Below are positions 10,901 through 19,875 of a stretch of 64,000 nt of DNA, piece after piece. Both the position numbers and the translations under genes were made by a program. Each line of letters begins with the position of its first letter. Positions within the stretch are counted from its first letter, which is position 1. The notes under the pieces were generated by a model. That model was not told the origin of the DNA and did no database searches. It was given only the letters and a program-made list of their open reading frames with translations. The DNA comes from an uncultured Mucilaginibacter sp. (GTDB lineage Bacteria > Bacteroidota > Bacteroidia > Sphingobacteriales > Sphingobacteriaceae). The stretch lies in the NCBI RefSeq assembly GCF_913773635.1, contig NZ_CAJYGQ010000013.1:233973-297972 (forward strand), read 5' to 3'.

Positions 10901-13102
10901 GATTTTTCAATTACCAACAGCAATCAAGTACTGAGCGTTACCAGCAATCCGCAGCAATTAAACGCTCCCTTAACGGTTAACTTTAACAATTTTCATATTG
11001 AAACCCTTACCCGTTTAGCGCAGCAAGACTCATTGCTGGTTGGCGGAACTATAAACGGAAACGCCACAGTAAGCAACCTGCAGGCCTCTCCTGTTTTCGT
11101 AGCTGATATGAATGTTGGCGATTTTAACTTTAAAGGTGATACTGTAGGCAATATTGCCATAAAAGTAAATAACCAAACTGCCAATGCTTATGCAGCCAAC
11201 GTAAACATAACCGGAAAAGGTAACCAGGTTGACTTAACCGGCATGTATTATACTGATACCCCAGAAGGCAGATTAGACATGAACCTGAACATTGTAAACT
11301 TAAGTATGAAGAGCATTGAAGGCTTCAGCTTTGGCAGTATCAGGAGAGCAACCGGTAACATAACCGGCGGATTGAAAATTACCGGCACAGCATCTGCACC
11401 AAACGTACGCGGCGATGTAAACTTTAACCAGGTGGGCTTCAACGTTTCTATGCTCAATTCATATTTTACCATGCCGAAAGAAAGCATTAGCTTTAACAAT
11501 GAAGGTATACGCTTTAATGACTTTACCATGGTTGATTCCACTGGAAATAAAGCAGTTATAAGCGGAGCTGTTTACACTAAAACGTATAAAGACTTTAGCT
11601 TTGGTTTAGATATCAATGCCAATAACTTCCGTGCAGTAAACTCTACCCGTGCCGATAACAAGTTGTTTTACGGTAAGCTTTACATTGATACACGTGTAAA
11701 AATTCGTGGTGATATGGCTAAACCTGTGGTTGATGCAAGCTTGACCGTTGATCCGCAGACAGACATGACCTTTGTGTTGCCAACCACCGACCCAAGCATT
11801 GAAGACCGTAAAGGCGTTGTTGAATTCATCGATGCCGATGCACCAAAACTTGATTCAATTCTACTGGCTAAAAGACTTGATTCGTTGCGTAAATCTGAAC
11901 TTACAGGTTTGGATGTTAACGCCACCATCAATGTAAGTAAAGAAGCCAACTTTAACATTGTGATTGATGAGCGCAACGGCGATGTGGTTCACATTAAAGG
12001 TGATGCACAGCTGAGCGCAGGTATTGATCCAAGTGGAAAAATCAACTTAACAGGTACTTATACAGTTAATCAGGGTTCTTATGAGCTATCATACGGTCCG
12101 GTTAATCGTTTGTTTAGGTTTAAACAGGGAAGTACCATTGTTTGGAACGGTGACCCTACCGACGCCAATGTTGACCTTACTGCTATTTACGTAGCCAACG
12201 TACCCCCTATTGATTTGGTTGAAAACCAATCGGGCGGTACTGATGCGCAAAGCACAGTTTACAAGCAAAAGCTTCCTTTCAATGTAAACTTAAACATGCA
12301 GAACAAATTGCTGACCCCTAAAATTGGGTTTGATATTGTACTACCTGACAGCAACTACACGGTATCACAAACAGTAGTTAATACTGTTAACACACGCCTT
12401 GAGCAAATACGCCGCGATCCTAATGAAATGAACAAGCAGGTGCTAGGTGTACTTGTACTGGGCCATTTTATTGGTGATAACCCATTACAAAGCCAGGGCG
12501 GCAGTGCCGGTGTTGAAGGAACCATACGTAACAGCGTAAGCGGTTTACTTTCAAACCAGTTGAACAAACTTGCCGGTGATTTAATTGGCGGCGTTGACCT
12601 TAACTTTGATTTGCAGTCGGGCCAGGATTATTCTACGGGTACCGAGCAGAACCGTACCGACTTAAACGTTGGCTTATCTAAACGCTTCCTAAATGATCGT
12701 TTAACGGTTACCGTTGGTAATAACTTTATGCTCGAAGGCAAACAACAGCCTGGCCAGCGTACAAGCACCATTGCGGGCAATGTAATGTTAAATTACCGCT
12801 TAACTAAAGATGGCCGCTACGCACTGCGTGCATACCGCCGCGACCAGTTTATTGTAATACAAGGCCAGGTAATTGAAACAGGTGTGGGCTTCTCGTTAAA
12901 TGTTGACTACAACCGCTTCAAAGAAATTTTCTCGAAAACTAGTCGCGAAGAAAGGGCACTTATACGTGAACGCAAACGTGAGGAAAAAGAGAAAAAGGAG
13001 CAACAAGAACAAAAAGAGAAGGATCAGCAACCTGCCGAAGAACCTAAAAAGGCAACAACAGACAGTACCTCAACCGAAAGCATATCTACATTTGAACCAT
13101 GA
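7922..13102 (+). CDS. tamB: Translocation and assembly module protein TamB (AsmA-like, DUF490 C-terminus)
   Basis: About 1726 aa; N-terminal membrane anchor (ILWIVASVIFLVLLVVILIQ), beta-taco repeats, C-terminal WNGDPTDA...KRFLNDRLTVTVG. Likely TTG start at 7922 (track start 7865). Overlaps the next gene (ATGA). Confidence 0.9.
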   Translation: MGKFGRIALKTILWIVASVIFLVLLVVILIQVPAVQQFAKNKAVNFLEGKIGTKVEIGHITIGFPKMLVLEKVYFEDQKRDTLIAGDKLKVDISMLKLLKSQVEVNEINLQGITAKVSRGADSTFNFDYIIKAFASENKKEPKPEDTTSTLKISLDKVVLDRINIAYKDVTTGNDVKFLLGHFDTRIKDFDLDKMKFSIPKINLSDVNARIIQTPAGSSIAQAATVDTATTPLSLDLDLGTIDVNRVKVDYRTNEMKANVNLGKFLVEMNDIDLKNQRVGVKSITLDDTKAGLRLAKPQTVVTAVVETAKKIDTLVTPPQSNKPWYATIGKISLANNDIKFDNDAQAPLRRGLDFGHMDIKGLSTDIEDLSYSPDTIAGKVNQFTFADKSGFKLNEFRTAFMYGAKNAYLKDLYVETPNTVIQRNVEVAYPSIEAITKNIGLLSVDANVDGTRIGLRDVLLLMPTMASMEPFRSTPNASFRVNGRVAGMVNDLRISNFEVWGLSNTHIKTSAVLKGMPDVKKAYFDVNLADFTTSRRDIYRLAPRGTIPPSVSIPERMSLSGKLKGSMQNLTTQLNLRSSYGNLSAAANVKNAMDMKRISYAANVKAINLNAGALTKQPKMVGRLTLSANVKGAGADPKNLNVDFSANVASAQIQGYNYRNLVAKGSARNGAYVAKATMRDPNINFTLDAKANMSKKYPSVNATLLVDSINLQRLNFVKDDMRFHGKIVADLPTADPDYLNGSVLLTDMLLVNKGQRIQLDTVSVISTANADSSSLRLKTPFLTARLGGKYKLTEVGAALQDNINKYFNTALAAAPAVQSKAKPVKYSPQQFSFNLKMVKTPLITQFVPDLKQLDPVIINGRFDSQSGLLLVNGSIPKVIYGTNTIDNGKLNINTNNNALNYGLTFDQVKVGESLKLLYPGLTGNAQNDKLNLSLQVRDAARKERYRIAGVFSVLPNEYQFSFLQDGLLLDYMAWAVNPNNAFQFGSKGILARDFSITNSNQVLSVTSNPQQLNAPLTVNFNNFHIETLTRLAQQDSLLVGGTINGNATVSNLQASPVFVADMNVGDFNFKGDTVGNIAIKVNNQTANAYAANVNITGKGNQVDLTGMYYTDTPEGRLDMNLNIVNLSMKSIEGFSFGSIRRATGNITGGLKITGTASAPNVRGDVNFNQVGFNVSMLNSYFTMPKESISFNNEGIRFNDFTMVDSTGNKAVISGAVYTKTYKDFSFGLDINANNFRAVNSTRADNKLFYGKLYIDTRVKIRGDMAKPVVDASLTVDPQTDMTFVLPTTDPSIEDRKGVVEFIDADAPKLDSILLAKRLDSLRKSELTGLDVNATINVSKEANFNIVIDERNGDVVHIKGDAQLSAGIDPSGKINLTGTYTVNQGSYELSYGPVNRLFRFKQGSTIVWNGDPTDANVDLTAIYVANVPPIDLVENQSGGTDAQSTVYKQKLPFNVNLNMQNKLLTPKIGFDIVLPDSNYTVSQTVVNTVNTRLEQIRRDPNEMNKQVLGVLVLGHFIGDNPLQSQGGSAGVEGTIRNSVSGLLSNQLNKLAGDLIGGVDLNFDLQSGQDYSTGTEQNRTDLNVGLSKRFLNDRLTVTVGNNFMLEGKQQPGQRTSTIAGNVMLNYRLTKDGRYALRAYRRDQFIVIQGQVIETGVGFSLNVDYNRFKEIFSKTSREERALIRERKREEKEKKEQQEQKEKDQQPAEEPKKATTDSTSTESISTFEP

Positions 13103-15366
13103 TTAAAAAATCAGCATATACACTTCTAACACTCACGGTTATTGCAAGTAGTTGCAGTACCACCAAACAATTACCAGCCGGACAAAAGCTGTACACCGGT
13201 GCTGATATTAATTTTACTGATAAAGACATATCAAAAAAAGAGCAAAGTCTTATAAAAAGCGATTTACAAAGCTTATTACGACCTAAACCAAATGGTAAGA
13301 TAGGCCCGTTCAGATTTAAGCTGTGGGTATATCAAAAAACGCGCACAAACAAAACCAAAGGCTTTAAGCACTGGCTTAACACCAAGTTTGGCGAAGCGCC
13401 TGTCTTAGTTAGTGCTGTTGATCTTACGCAAAACAGCTCCATACTACAAAACCGTCTTCAAAACCGCAGTTATTTCCAGGCACAGGTTACGGGCGATACA
13501 GTAGGAAAAGAAAAAGTTGCTAAAGCTGTTTACACAATATCGGCCGGACCATCATACAAGTACCGCAACATTATATGGCCGTCAGATAGTAAAGATCCGC
13601 TTGATACGGCAATTGCCGGTACCTCAGCTCAAACTATATTGAAGAAGGGTGAGGCTTACAATTTAGACGCTATAAAGGCCGAAAGACTACGTATTGATGC
13701 ACGTGTAAAAGAAAAGGGCTTTTATTACTTTGCACCCGAAAACCTCATTTTACGTGTAGACAGCACAGTTGGTAATCATGAAATTGATGGCTATGTTAAG
13801 GTTAAAGACGAGGTGAGCGAACGTGCACGTAGAATTTACACCATTGATAATATTTACATTTACCCCGCTTACAGCCTGCGCGATACTTCTTTAAGGTTGC
13901 AGGACAAAGTACCTTATAACTGGTACAACGTAATTGACAGCAGACGCCGCCGCACCATACGCCCATATGTGTTTAAAAATACGGTTTTGTTACGCCCGGG
14001 AGAAGTTTATAATCGTACCGATCATACCAATTCATTAAGCAGGTTTGTTGAATTAGGACCATACAAGTTTGTAAAAAACAGGTTTGAAGACGTATCTGCT
14101 GATTCCTCAAAACTGAATGTGTTTTACTTTTTGACTCAGTACCCAAAAAAATCATTATCATTTGATGCGTTGGCTCGTACAACATCAGCTAATTTCAACG
14201 GTACGCAAGTAAACGTAAACTGGCGCCATCGCAATGCTTTTTTAGGTGCTGAAGCACTTACCATTACCTTATTTGGCAGCACCGACGGACAGATATCAGG
14301 AAACGCCGGTGGTGGTAACGCTCTTTATCAATATGGCGCACAGGCTACATTATCATGGCCGCGGTTTATTAGTCCGTTTAATTTTAAGGCCGATAATGCT
14401 TACATACCCCGCACCAATCTGAGTGCTGGTTACTCAATCATTAATCGCTCAGGCTTGTATAATTTGAGCTCTATCAATGGTTCATTTGGCTACAACTGGA
14501 AACAAAGTGTACACAAAAGTCACGAGTTAAACCTGTTGAACGTTACTTATGTAAAACCTACCAACGTAACTCAGGAGTATACAGATAGTATTGTTACTAC
14601 ACGTAACCCTACGCTTAAGCACGTTATTGACCCGCAGTTTACGTTTGGGCCAAGCTATAGCTATACGTATACCAACACTACCGAAACTTATCGTACCAAT
14701 TCCATTTACTATAATGGCCGCATAAGTACCTCAGGCATGTTAACAGGTTTACTTACCGGTGCCGATACCATTGGCGGTAATGCGAAGAAAGTGTTTGGTA
14801 CCAATTTCAATCAGTATGTAAAACTGGAGAATGAAATACGTTTCTTTCATAAATTGGGTGTAAAAAGCTCATTTGCAGCACGCTTCATTGCAGGCGTAGG
14901 TATACCAATGGGCAATTCAACCATATTACCGTACAGCCAGCAATTTTTTATTGGCGGTGCTAACAGCTTACGCGGTTTCAGGGCGCGTTCACTAGGTCCG
15001 GGTACGGTTGACCCTACCCAATACATCAGCGGTACTACAGGCTTTATTGCCGATCAGTCGGGCGATATTAAATTGGAGGCAAGTATTGAGTACCGTCCGC
15101 ATTTATTTAGCATAGTATACGGCGCTCTGTTTGCTGATGCAGGTAACATATGGAATGCGCGCGGCCATCAACCGGGTGGTACTTTCAGCAGCAACTTCCT
15201 TAAGCAACTGGCAACCGACGTAGGTTTCGGTTTACGGTTTGATGCAAGTGTGTTAGTGCTGCGTACCGATTTTGGTTTCCCGCTTACCAAACCATTTACG
15301 CAAAGTAACCCGGCAATTAACTACGATAAAATGGTATTTAACCTTGCTATAGGTTATCCGTTTTAA
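13099..15366 (+). CDS. Omp85 family BamA/TamA-like outer membrane protein, lipidated (TamL type)
   Basis: Lipobox IASSC, POTRA-like N-terminus, Omp85 loop-6 motif GGANSLRGFRAR, C-terminal LAIGYPF; translationally coupled to tamB. Confidence 0.9.
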   Translation: MIKKSAYTLLTLTVIASSCSTTKQLPAGQKLYTGADINFTDKDISKKEQSLIKSDLQSLLRPKPNGKIGPFRFKLWVYQKTRTNKTKGFKHWLNTKFGEAPVLVSAVDLTQNSSILQNRLQNRSYFQAQVTGDTVGKEKVAKAVYTISAGPSYKYRNIIWPSDSKDPLDTAIAGTSAQTILKKGEAYNLDAIKAERLRIDARVKEKGFYYFAPENLILRVDSTVGNHEIDGYVKVKDEVSERARRIYTIDNIYIYPAYSLRDTSLRLQDKVPYNWYNVIDSRRRRTIRPYVFKNTVLLRPGEVYNRTDHTNSLSRFVELGPYKFVKNRFEDVSADSSKLNVFYFLTQYPKKSLSFDALARTTSANFNGTQVNVNWRHRNAFLGAEALTITLFGSTDGQISGNAGGGNALYQYGAQATLSWPRFISPFNFKADNAYIPRTNLSAGYSIINRSGLYNLSSINGSFGYNWKQSVHKSHELNLLNVTYVKPTNVTQEYTDSIVTTRNPTLKHVIDPQFTFGPSYSYTYTNTTETYRTNSIYYNGRISTSGMLTGLLTGADTIGGNAKKVFGTNFNQYVKLENEIRFFHKLGVKSSFAARFIAGVGIPMGNSTILPYSQQFFIGGANSLRGFRARSLGPGTVDPTQYISGTTGFIADQSGDIKLEASIEYRPHLFSIVYGALFADAGNIWNARGHQPGGTFSSNFLKQLATDVGFGLRFDASVLVLRTDFGFPLTKPFTQSNPAINYDKMVFNLAIGYPF

Positions 15367-15389
15367 ATCGCCCTTTCAATATAGCTTAC

Positions 15390-15429
15390 AGGTCCTTTTG
15401 ATGTTAAAACAAAAGGACCTTTTGTTTTT
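15390..15429 (+). terminator. Intrinsic terminator after tamB-Omp85 operon
   Basis: Stem aggtccttttg (15390-15400) / caaaaggacct (15410-15420), then tttgttttt. Confidence 0.75.
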
Positions 15430-15466
15430 AAGGACATTTGTAAACCTATCTCCTACCTTTACAATT

Positions 15467-15889
15467 ATGAAAGTAAACATTCCGCTGCAAGTAATTGATA
15501 TGGAAAGTGACGGCTGCCATTTGCTTGCAGATGTTAAGATAGGGCGAAAAAAATATAAAATAGTACTTGATACCGGCGCATCAAAAACGGTGTTTGATCA
15601 AAACACGCTGGCTAACGCTGGTAACGTTGATATTAAGGCCACCAACCGCTTATCGGCAGGATTAGGTACCGTAACCATGGAATCATTTACAGCTGTAATT
15701 GCAGACTTAAAATTAGGCCGACTAAAGCTAACCGACTTTGAGGTAGCAGTGTTAGATCTATCAAGCATTAACCAGGCTTATTCGCAACTCAACCATCCGG
15801 AGGTTTTGGGCGTGCTTGGAGGCGATATATTGATGAAGTACAAGGCTGTAATAGACTACCAAAAGAAACGGCTGCGATTGGAATCCTGA
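15467..15889 (+). CDS. Retropepsin-like aspartic protease
   Basis: VLDTGAS catalytic motif and GVLGGD motif. ATG at 15467 preferred because the longer track start lies within a terminator hairpin. Confidence 0.85.
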   Translation: MKVNIPLQVIDMESDGCHLLADVKIGRKKYKIVLDTGASKTVFDQNTLANAGNVDIKATNRLSAGLGTVTMESFTAVIADLKLGRLKLTDFEVAVLDLSSINQAYSQLNHPEVLGVLGGDILMKYKAVIDYQKKRLRLES

Positions 15890-15910
15890 TCACAACTATA
15901 ATCAATAAGC

Positions 15911-15947
15911 AAAATGGCCGTTAAGCAAATTGCATAACGGCCATTTT
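15911..15947. terminator. Bidirectional terminator between convergent protease and AI-2E genes
   Basis: aaaatggccgtta (15911-15923) / taacggccatttt (15935-15947). Confidence 0.8.
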
Positions 15948-15968
15948 TATCACAGTATAACGTATTAG

Positions 15969-17063
15969 CTACTCTGTTTTCATCTCCTCCTTGGCCTTTC
16001 GCTCATACTCATAATCTCCCCCTAAAAGGTACCCCCAGGGCCTGAGCGGACCAACGTGGTCAAAAATTATTTTAAATATAGCTATTACCGGTATTGACAA
16101 AAACATACCCGATAATCCCCAAAGCATTTCACCCAGCACAATGCCAATAAATGTTATTAGGGCATTCAACCTTACCTTCGAGCCCACAACCATTGGAAGT
16201 ACGACGTTTGCATCAATAGCGTGTATTGCTACCACCACAATAGCTACAATAATTGCTTTGGTTATAGCGCCTGTAGCAAATGTAATAAGCGTGCTTAGCA
16301 ACAAGGCCGAGAAGATGCCCACATAAGGTATAATATTGAAAAGCGCAGTTATGATACCTAACAGTATGGCATATTTAACGCCTATTATCCAAAAAGCTAC
16401 ACAGGTTAATATAGCAACTATTACCATTTCCAACAAAAGTCCTACAATGTACTGACGTAATATGCGCTGCACATTCTCTACAATAGTGTGTACTACCGGT
16501 GTTGCTTCTTCGTCAAACACAAATAGTATAAAACGGAACAGCAATCTGCGGTACAGCAGAATTAAAAATGTAAACAGTATGATGAAGATGTAAAACAACA
16601 ACAATGATGATACAGCTCCGAAGGTGGTACCTAAAACCGATGTTCCTGAAGCTACAATTTTGTCGGCGGTATCATTTACATAAACCATTTGCTTTTCGGC
16701 GTTGATATGAAAAGTGCGCTGTATCCACAACTGCACATCAACCGCCGATTTGCTGATCTGTTCTTTAAGTAAAGGCCAGTCATGCGCCAGGTTGGTAATT
16801 TGTGTACCAACCAAATACATTACGCCCGTTATGAACAGCACCATAAGTAATATAGCTGCAAAAGCTGCCATACTGCGCGGCATTTTACATTTTTGCTCAA
16901 AAAAGTTAGAGAGTGGTAGTAAAAGAATTGCAAACAAGAACCCGAATAAAAGCGGATCGAGTAACTCTTTTCCTAAAATAATAAGAAAACCAAGTGCCAT
17001 TAGCCCAATGAGGACCAACGCAAACTTTACATAAAAAGGCAACGATATGGATTTGTTGAACAT
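15969..17063 (-). CDS. AI-2E family (UPF0118) transporter
   Basis: Multiple TM segments; motifs FNIIPYVG, PMVVGSKVRLN, GEMLWGLSGMFLSIP. Confidence 0.9.
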   Translation of the reverse strand: MFNKSISLPFYVKFALVLIGLMALGFLIILGKELLDPLLFGFLFAILLLPLSNFFEQKCKMPRSMAAFAAILLMVLFITGVMYLVGTQITNLAHDWPLLKEQISKSAVDVQLWIQRTFHINAEKQMVYVNDTADKIVASGTSVLGTTFGAVSSLLLFYIFIILFTFLILLYRRLLFRFILFVFDEEATPVVHTIVENVQRILRQYIVGLLLEMVIVAILTCVAFWIIGVKYAILLGIITALFNIIPYVGIFSALLLSTLITFATGAITKAIIVAIVVVAIHAIDANVVLPMVVGSKVRLNALITFIGIVLGEMLWGLSGMFLSIPVIAIFKIIFDHVGPLRPWGYLLGGDYEYERKAKEEMKTE

Positions 17064-17126
17064 AGGTGATGTGCGGCAATTAATTAGCTCATAAACACAG
17101 GTTGTTATGATATGTTTCGGCTTGTA

Positions 17127-18002
17127 CTACAAGTAGTTTACAACCCTGTCGAGTACATCAGTAATGCACTTTTGCATTACATGGTATGGTTGTTTACTAA
17201 ATTGATGCTTTACACGGTTGGCCAGTATAACATTAAATGAAATAGCCTGATGACCCAGGTTTGATGCTAAGCCGTAAATGCCTGCCGTTTCCATCTCCAG
17301 GTTAGTAATGCGTTGATTGTTGTGCTCAAACTTTTCAATTATAGAAAGCAGTTGTGGCGTTGATGATTTACAACGCACCTGCCTGCCCTGCGGCGTATAA
17401 AAACCCGGGGCAGTAATTGTTATCCCCTGAGGCAAATTATGCGCAATAGTGTTAAGCAGTGAGGAACCGGCTGAGGCAACATAAGGGTGTAGTTGATAAT
17501 GCTCCGGCAAACTGTTTTCGAAGGCCGTTAACAAACGGGCTTCATCTGCGGTAAGCTCATGGTCGTAATAATGCATTAATGGATCAAGCCCTATGGCAGC
17601 TGCTGAAACCAAAACCGTGTCAACGTCTAAATCAGCCTGCACAGCACCAGATGTGCCAATGCGTATGATATTAAGGCTTCGAAGGTTTTTGTTTACCTGC
17701 CGCGTTTGCAAGTTAATATTTACTATGGCATCAAGTTCATTCAGTACAATATCAACATTATCGGTGCCAATGCCTGTTGATATTACTGTTATACGCCTTT
17801 GGCCAATGTAGCCGGTATGCGTTAAAAACTCCCGCTTACCTTTTTTGAGTTCGATATGATCGAAATGCTTACTAACCTCGCCTACTCTATCCTGATCGCC
17901 AACGGTAATCACTGTATCTGCAACTTCATCGGCCAGCAGGTTAATATGGTATAGGCTGCCATCCTCATTTAATATCAGGTCGGTTTCTGAAATGTATTCC
18001 AT
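17127..18002 (-). CDS. Nucleoside phosphorylase (uridine phosphorylase family, PNP_UDP_1)
   Basis: ITVGDQDRV, STGIGTDN, IIRIGTSG, GFYTPQGR, NLEMET motifs; start at MEYISE preferred. Confidence 0.9.
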   Translation of the reverse strand: MEYISETDLILNEDGSLYHINLLADEVADTVITVGDQDRVGEVSKHFDHIELKKGKREFLTHTGYIGQRRITVISTGIGTDNVDIVLNELDAIVNINLQTRQVNKNLRSLNIIRIGTSGAVQADLDVDTVLVSAAAIGLDPLMHYYDHELTADEARLLTAFENSLPEHYQLHPYVASAGSSLLNTIAHNLPQGITITAPGFYTPQGRQVRCKSSTPQLLSIIEKFEHNNQRITNLEMETAGIYGLASNLGHQAISFNVILANRVKHQFSKQPYHVMQKCITDVLDRVVNYL

Positions 18003-18113
18003 AATCATAAAATTTATAAAGCATATTGCCGTTTGCCGGTAGTTAACCACTTAAGTAGATAAACTAATTCAGCTGCAATTTGTAGATAAATTACACAACT
18101 AGTTAAACAAATT

Positions 18114-18290
18114 ATGGCAAAATATTCGGCAAAGGCACAGGAGAAGGTAGGCGAAACTGTGCACGAAATGAAAGAAGGAAAATTGAAAACCGGCACCGGC
18201 AAAAAAGTAACCAGCAAAAAGCAGGCGGTTGCCATAGCCCTATCAGAAGCGCGTAAAGAAGGAGCGAAAGTTCCTAAAAAGAAAGACTGA
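18114..18290 (+). CDS. DUF6496-like small basic protein (58 aa; below ORF-track cutoff)
   Basis: Manual translation MAKYSAKAQEKVGETVHEMKEGKLKTGTGKKVTSKKQAVAIALSEARKEGAKVPKKKD; the KQAxAIALSEAR motif is characteristic; followed by a strong terminator. Confidence 0.85.
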   Translation: MAKYSAKAQEKVGETVHEMKEGKLKTGTGKKVTSKKQAVAIALSEARKEGAKVPKKKD

Positions 18291-18339
18291 TATTAAACAA
18301 GAAGAGCCACATTAAATTGTGGCTCTTCTTGTTTAATAT
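18290..18339. terminator. Bidirectional terminator, perfect 22-bp stem
   Basis: atattaaacaagaagagccaca (18290-18311) / tgtggctcttcttgtttaatat (18318-18339) between convergent genes. Confidence 0.85.
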
Positions 18340-18348
18340 GTCGAGGGC

Positions 18349-18867
18349 TTATTTAACCATAAACGCCACTAGCTTATCACCCCACGAAAAATGAACTTTT
18401 CCGGCAGGCTCAATGGCAAATTTCAATCTTTCCACAAATTCTTTGGTTTTTGCAGTTTTAACGGTTATACGCAAAACGTCATCACCTTCTTCGTATTTAG
18501 TTCCCCAGTTTTTAACGCCTTTATTAAAAATTACGGTCCATTCTTTTTCACCGGGTATTGAGTATAAAGCATACTGACCAGCTGGCAATGCCTTACCTTC
18601 AATCTTCACATCCTTGCTGAAAGAGATTGTAGTAGCATTATTGGCACCTGTGCGCCACACTTTACCGTAAGGGGCTATGTCGGTACCTATAGTACGGCCC
18701 TTAACAGCAGGCTGGCTGTAAGCCACTTCAATGGCAACGCCTGCTTTCGTTGTTGCTTTTACGGTATCAGGCGGACTGGCAGGTACTTTTTTTGCCTGTT
18801 GTGCTGATGCGGTGAAGGCAGTTAAAATTAAACCGGTTACGGCAAATAGTTTAAATAATTGTTTCAT
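18349..18867 (-). CDS. DUF2911 domain-containing secreted protein
   Basis: Signal peptide, ASPP, YSQPAVKGR, PYGKVWRTGANNAT, WTVIFNK, WGTKY motifs. Confidence 0.9.
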   Translation of the reverse strand: MKQLFKLFAVTGLILTAFTASAQQAKKVPASPPDTVKATTKAGVAIEVAYSQPAVKGRTIGTDIAPYGKVWRTGANNATTISFSKDVKIEGKALPAGQYALYSIPGEKEWTVIFNKGVKNWGTKYEEGDDVLRITVKTAKTKEFVERLKFAIEPAGKVHFSWGDKLVAFMVK

Positions 18868-18891
18868 GGTATTGTATGTTAAATTTTCCGA

Positions 18892-19875
18892 TTACTTGTT
18901 TATTTTGGTTGCAAAGGCATCAATTATCTTCATTAACGTAACAGCCTCATCAATAGTACATGGATTAGCTTCCCGGCCGTTTATATAGTTCACCATGCTT
19001 TCAATCATAGGTAGTTGAATATTTTCAGGGTGCTCAAAGGTGAATACTTGTTGGTCAGATGCCGTTTTAAGGGTTACACTATCGCCAAAAACCGGGAAAC
19101 TGATTTTGCCTTCGCTGCCTATAATTTCACAAAGGTCTGTGTTCTCTGTTTCGGCAACATTAAAACACCACGATCCATTAAGTACTACGTTGTTTTCAAA
19201 CACAACAGATCCGCAAACATGATCATCAGCATCAGTGGCTTGTGCCTGGTTAAGGCTAAAGCCGGAGTAATGCACGGGGTTGCCAAAAAAGTAAAGCATT
19301 AAATCTAGCTGGTGGGGCGATAAATCATGAAAGTACCCTCCACCCGATACATTGGGTTGCGTACGCCAGTTAGGTGCGCCTTTGGTTACCAGTGCCGGTT
19401 TACGACTTTGCCACAAGCGTAATTGCACGGTGCGTACATTGCCAATACGGCTTTGTTCCAAAAGCTCCTTAACTTTTAAAAACATGGGTAAACGGCGCCG
19501 ATAGTGCGCAACAATAAGTTGTCCGTTATATTGCTTTACAGCGTCAGCCAGTTGTTGTGCCTCATGAGCATTCATGGTAACCGGCTTTTCTACGTAAACA
19601 GGTAACCGTTTTTGCAATGCAGCTATAGCATAACTCAGGTGTGATGAGGGTGGCGTGGCAACGTAAATTGCGTTTACTTCATCGTCGTTAATTAAATCAT
19701 GGGCATCGCTGTACCATTTGTTAACATTGTGGCGCTTTGCATAATCGGCTGCTTTGGTTGCATCGCGGCGCATAACGGCCACCAGTTTGCTGCCCGGTAC
19801 TTTATTAAACGCCGGACCGCTCTTTTTTTCGGTTACATCGCCGCAACCTATTATTCCCCAGTTAATGGTTTGCAT
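18892..19875 (-). CDS. Gfo/Idh/MocA family oxidoreductase
   Basis: WGIIGCGDV Rossmann motif, VYVEKP, GGGYFHDLSPHQLD. Confidence 0.92.
   Translation of the reverse strand: MQTINWGIIGCGDVTEKKSGPAFNKVPGSKLVAVMRRDATKAADYAKRHNVNKWYSDAHDLINDDEVNAIYVATPPSSHLSYAIAALQKRLPVYVEKPVTMNAHEAQQLADAVKQYNGQLIVAHYRRRLPMFLKVKELLEQSRIGNVRTVQLRLWQSRKPALVTKGAPNWRTQPNVSGGGYFHDLSPHQLDLMLYFFGNPVHYSGFSLNQAQATDADDHVCGSVVFENNVVLNGSWCFNVAETENTDLCEIIGSEGKISFPVFGDSVTLKTASDQQVFTFEHPENIQLPMIESMVNYINGREANPCTIDEAVTLMKIIDAFATKINK

Noticed and set aside
18290-18339. Perfect 22-bp inverted repeat (and the 21-bp one at 57454-57500) as MITE or REP elements
   Set aside because: Each sequence occurs once in the window and sits right after a stop codon with A/T flanks; ordinary terminators explain them.
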